Part shown: in pieces, positions 62,003 to 64,000 of the stretch
Numbering within the stretch: position 1 is the stretch's first letter
Layout: the number at the start of each line of letters is the position of its first letter
From: Lama guanicoe
Taxonomy: Eukaryota
NCBI GenBank assembly: GCA_013239625.1
Contig: MU054187.1
Location: 16,012,941 to 16,076,940 of the forward strand
Direction of reading: 5' to 3'
Length of the DNA: 64,000 bases
The notes under the pieces: generated by a model
Told to the model about the DNA's origin: nothing
Seen by the model: the letters and a program-made list of their open reading frames with translations, nothing else
The model's database searches: none
Made by a program: the position numbers and the translations under genes

Positions 62003-62377
62003 TGTGTATTAGTTTTCTAGGGCTTCCATAACAAAGTACTAAGATTAAGGGCTTAAACAACAGGAATTTGTTTGTTTTTAAATCCTTGAAGCTAGATGTC
62101 CAAGGTCAAAGTGTTGGCAGGGTTGATTTCTTCTGAGGTATCTTTCCTTGGCATTTCTTCCCTGTGTCTTCGAATGGTCTTTCCTGTGTACATTTCTTCA
62201 TCTTAATCTCTTCGTCTTATAAGGGCATCAGTCATAATAGATTAAGACTCACCCTAATGATTTATTTCATTACCTCTTTAAAGATCCTATCTCCAAATAC
62301 AGTCCTATTCTGAGGTGCTATGGCTTAGGACTTCAACGCAAGCATTTGGCAGGGGGAACAAAATTCTGCCTATAATG
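62003..62377 (-). mobile_element. MLT1B-like MaLR solo LTR
   Basis: tgtattagttttctagggcttccataacaaagtac...caaagtgttggcagggttgatttcttctgagg...ctatctccaaatacagtcctattctgaggtgct...aggacttcaac. Confidence 0.85.
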
Positions 62378-63339
62378 TGGGTCTTAGATTGTGAAATAGT
62401 GAATACAGAATGGAGCATTCTTAACTTCATATATTCAGAACTTTGATCTATAAAGTAGTTTTTAAGTCATCCTACTTCTAATGGCTTATTGTAAAGAAAT
62501 AAGGCAGTGGTGCTGTAATAATTGATGGATTTCCTTTGAAAGTATCTAATAGCTTAGTTTAAAAATCATATGCAGAGTTTAATTTTTAAATTAATGTTTT
62601 AATGCTTTGAGAATATCTCATTCTCTCTGCATGATCAGAAAATGGACTACAAAACTAAAATATGGTTTAGGTAGTTATGAACAGCTATTTGAAATTTATG
62701 CAAAGCTGAGAACATTTGAATACCTTGTCAATGTATTTGTAGAACTTAATGGAGTCTATCATTTATTCGCTTTGGAGATTAAAGGTTAATTTTTAACACT
62801 AAGTCCCTAATCATAAACTTGCTGCTGATACATATTTTGCTTAACTATTTTTTACTCTTTTCATTGCATCTCTGAAAATGATTTTGGTAAATTCCTATTT
62901 ATCATAATTATTATCATCTGAGAATTAATAGAATTATTTTTTAGCAGATGCTAGTATTTATAATTATTGATTGTGAGCAACTTTGTGTATACATAGTATA
63001 AGAAGAAATCATTGAAAGTACAATATTTATTTTCCTTGTCTAATGTGCCATAGTGTTTCAGCAATTGCAATGCTGATAAAAAAAAAAGAAGAGTAATGTT
63101 TGATGGGACCCAGGGAACTGTTCCCCAGAGGCTCACACAGAATGGCATGTGATAACTTCCAGGAAAGCATCTGAAGAGTAGTAAGATTTTCTTTAATGTC
63201 TGTGCAGCTATAATACAAATTAGATAAAAAAAAACAACAAAATGTATAGATGTATTCTAGAGTCATTGTATTGACTTTCTCTAGTATGTATTTTTCCTGA
63301 AAGTCACTTCCCTGTAGTAGATATTTATTATGCATAATT

Positions 63340-63381
63340 ATGTGTGTGTGTGTGTGTATATATACATATATATATATATAT
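63340..63381. repeat. (TG)n(TA)n microsatellite
   Basis: Seen directly. Confidence 0.95.
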
Positions 63382-64000
63382 TTATTGCATAAGTATGTTT
63401 GTCTTTACAAGTTTTCCCATTAGCTGGTTATGTAACACAGCATGCAGTTCTGTCCTTTGTTAAACATTTCCAGTGGTTTATGTTGTTTTCAATAGATGAA
63501 TTAGAAAACCTCAGAAATCTGGTTACTGAAACTGAAACGGGAATGGTAGGATCCATTCTGAAACCTGCCTCTTGGTATTTACCTCAAAGTGTGCTTCTGT
63601 GTGTTTGCTAGATTTGCATTTAGCAGTATCTGCGTGCAAATAGTAACCATACACCAAAGTAAACGGGACTGTGTGCAGTTGTTTTCTCTGTTTCTTCAAT
63701 TGCAGCTGCAATCCCATAGATTTCCATCTTGACAGGTAGCATAATTAGAAAATTCTCTTTGTCTTATTAAATGTGACTCTTCTCAATAGAATTCACTTCA
63801 TTGCCAGCAAAGAACAGAAAATATACTTCAAATCTAAAATGGGAAATCAAGGGGGACTGTTTTATTTTTATCTGTCTTTGTGCCAGCGACATTATTATCA
63901 AAGGATATTGTAATGCTGAAAATGTACTTTGGGGATTTAAATCACGCATTAGCCTGGAAAGCAAAAAAGCGCTGCAGGGCCCGTGCAATATATTTTCTCA

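Noticed and set aside
54..63988. The ORF track as host protein-coding genes
   Set aside because: All ORFs are 128 aa or shorter, many are compositionally biased, and many overlap repeats or microsatellites. The only recognisable peptides are L1 ORF1/ORF2, L2 RT and ERVL pol remnants.

Overview
AT-rich, CpG-poor placental-mammal non-coding DNA (large intron or gene desert) dominated by old transposon debris. It contains MIR, L2, several L1M/L1MC/L1ME fragments, MaLR (MLT1) and ERVL (LTR16/LTR33-like) LTRs, and Tigger/hAT MITEs. One young 5'-truncated L1 and one tRNA-Ala-derived SINE both retain target-site duplications (TSDs). That SINE, together with the absence of recognisable Alu, B1/B2, Bov-A, PRE or Can-SINE copies, suggests a camelid genome (inference). 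I could not recognise any host protein-coding gene. The ORF track is chance ORFs plus decayed L1 ORF1/ORF2, L2 RT and ERVL pol remnants. I found no convincing novel biological system. The best leads are an ancient ERVL pol fossil abutting an LTR33-like LTR, several well-formed splice cassettes (including an 18-nt microexon-like one), an unclassified MITE-like element, and candidate cis-regulatory motif clusters. Repeat family names come from my recall of consensus sequences, not from a search. Repeat boundaries are approximate unless a TSD or TIR is quoted.
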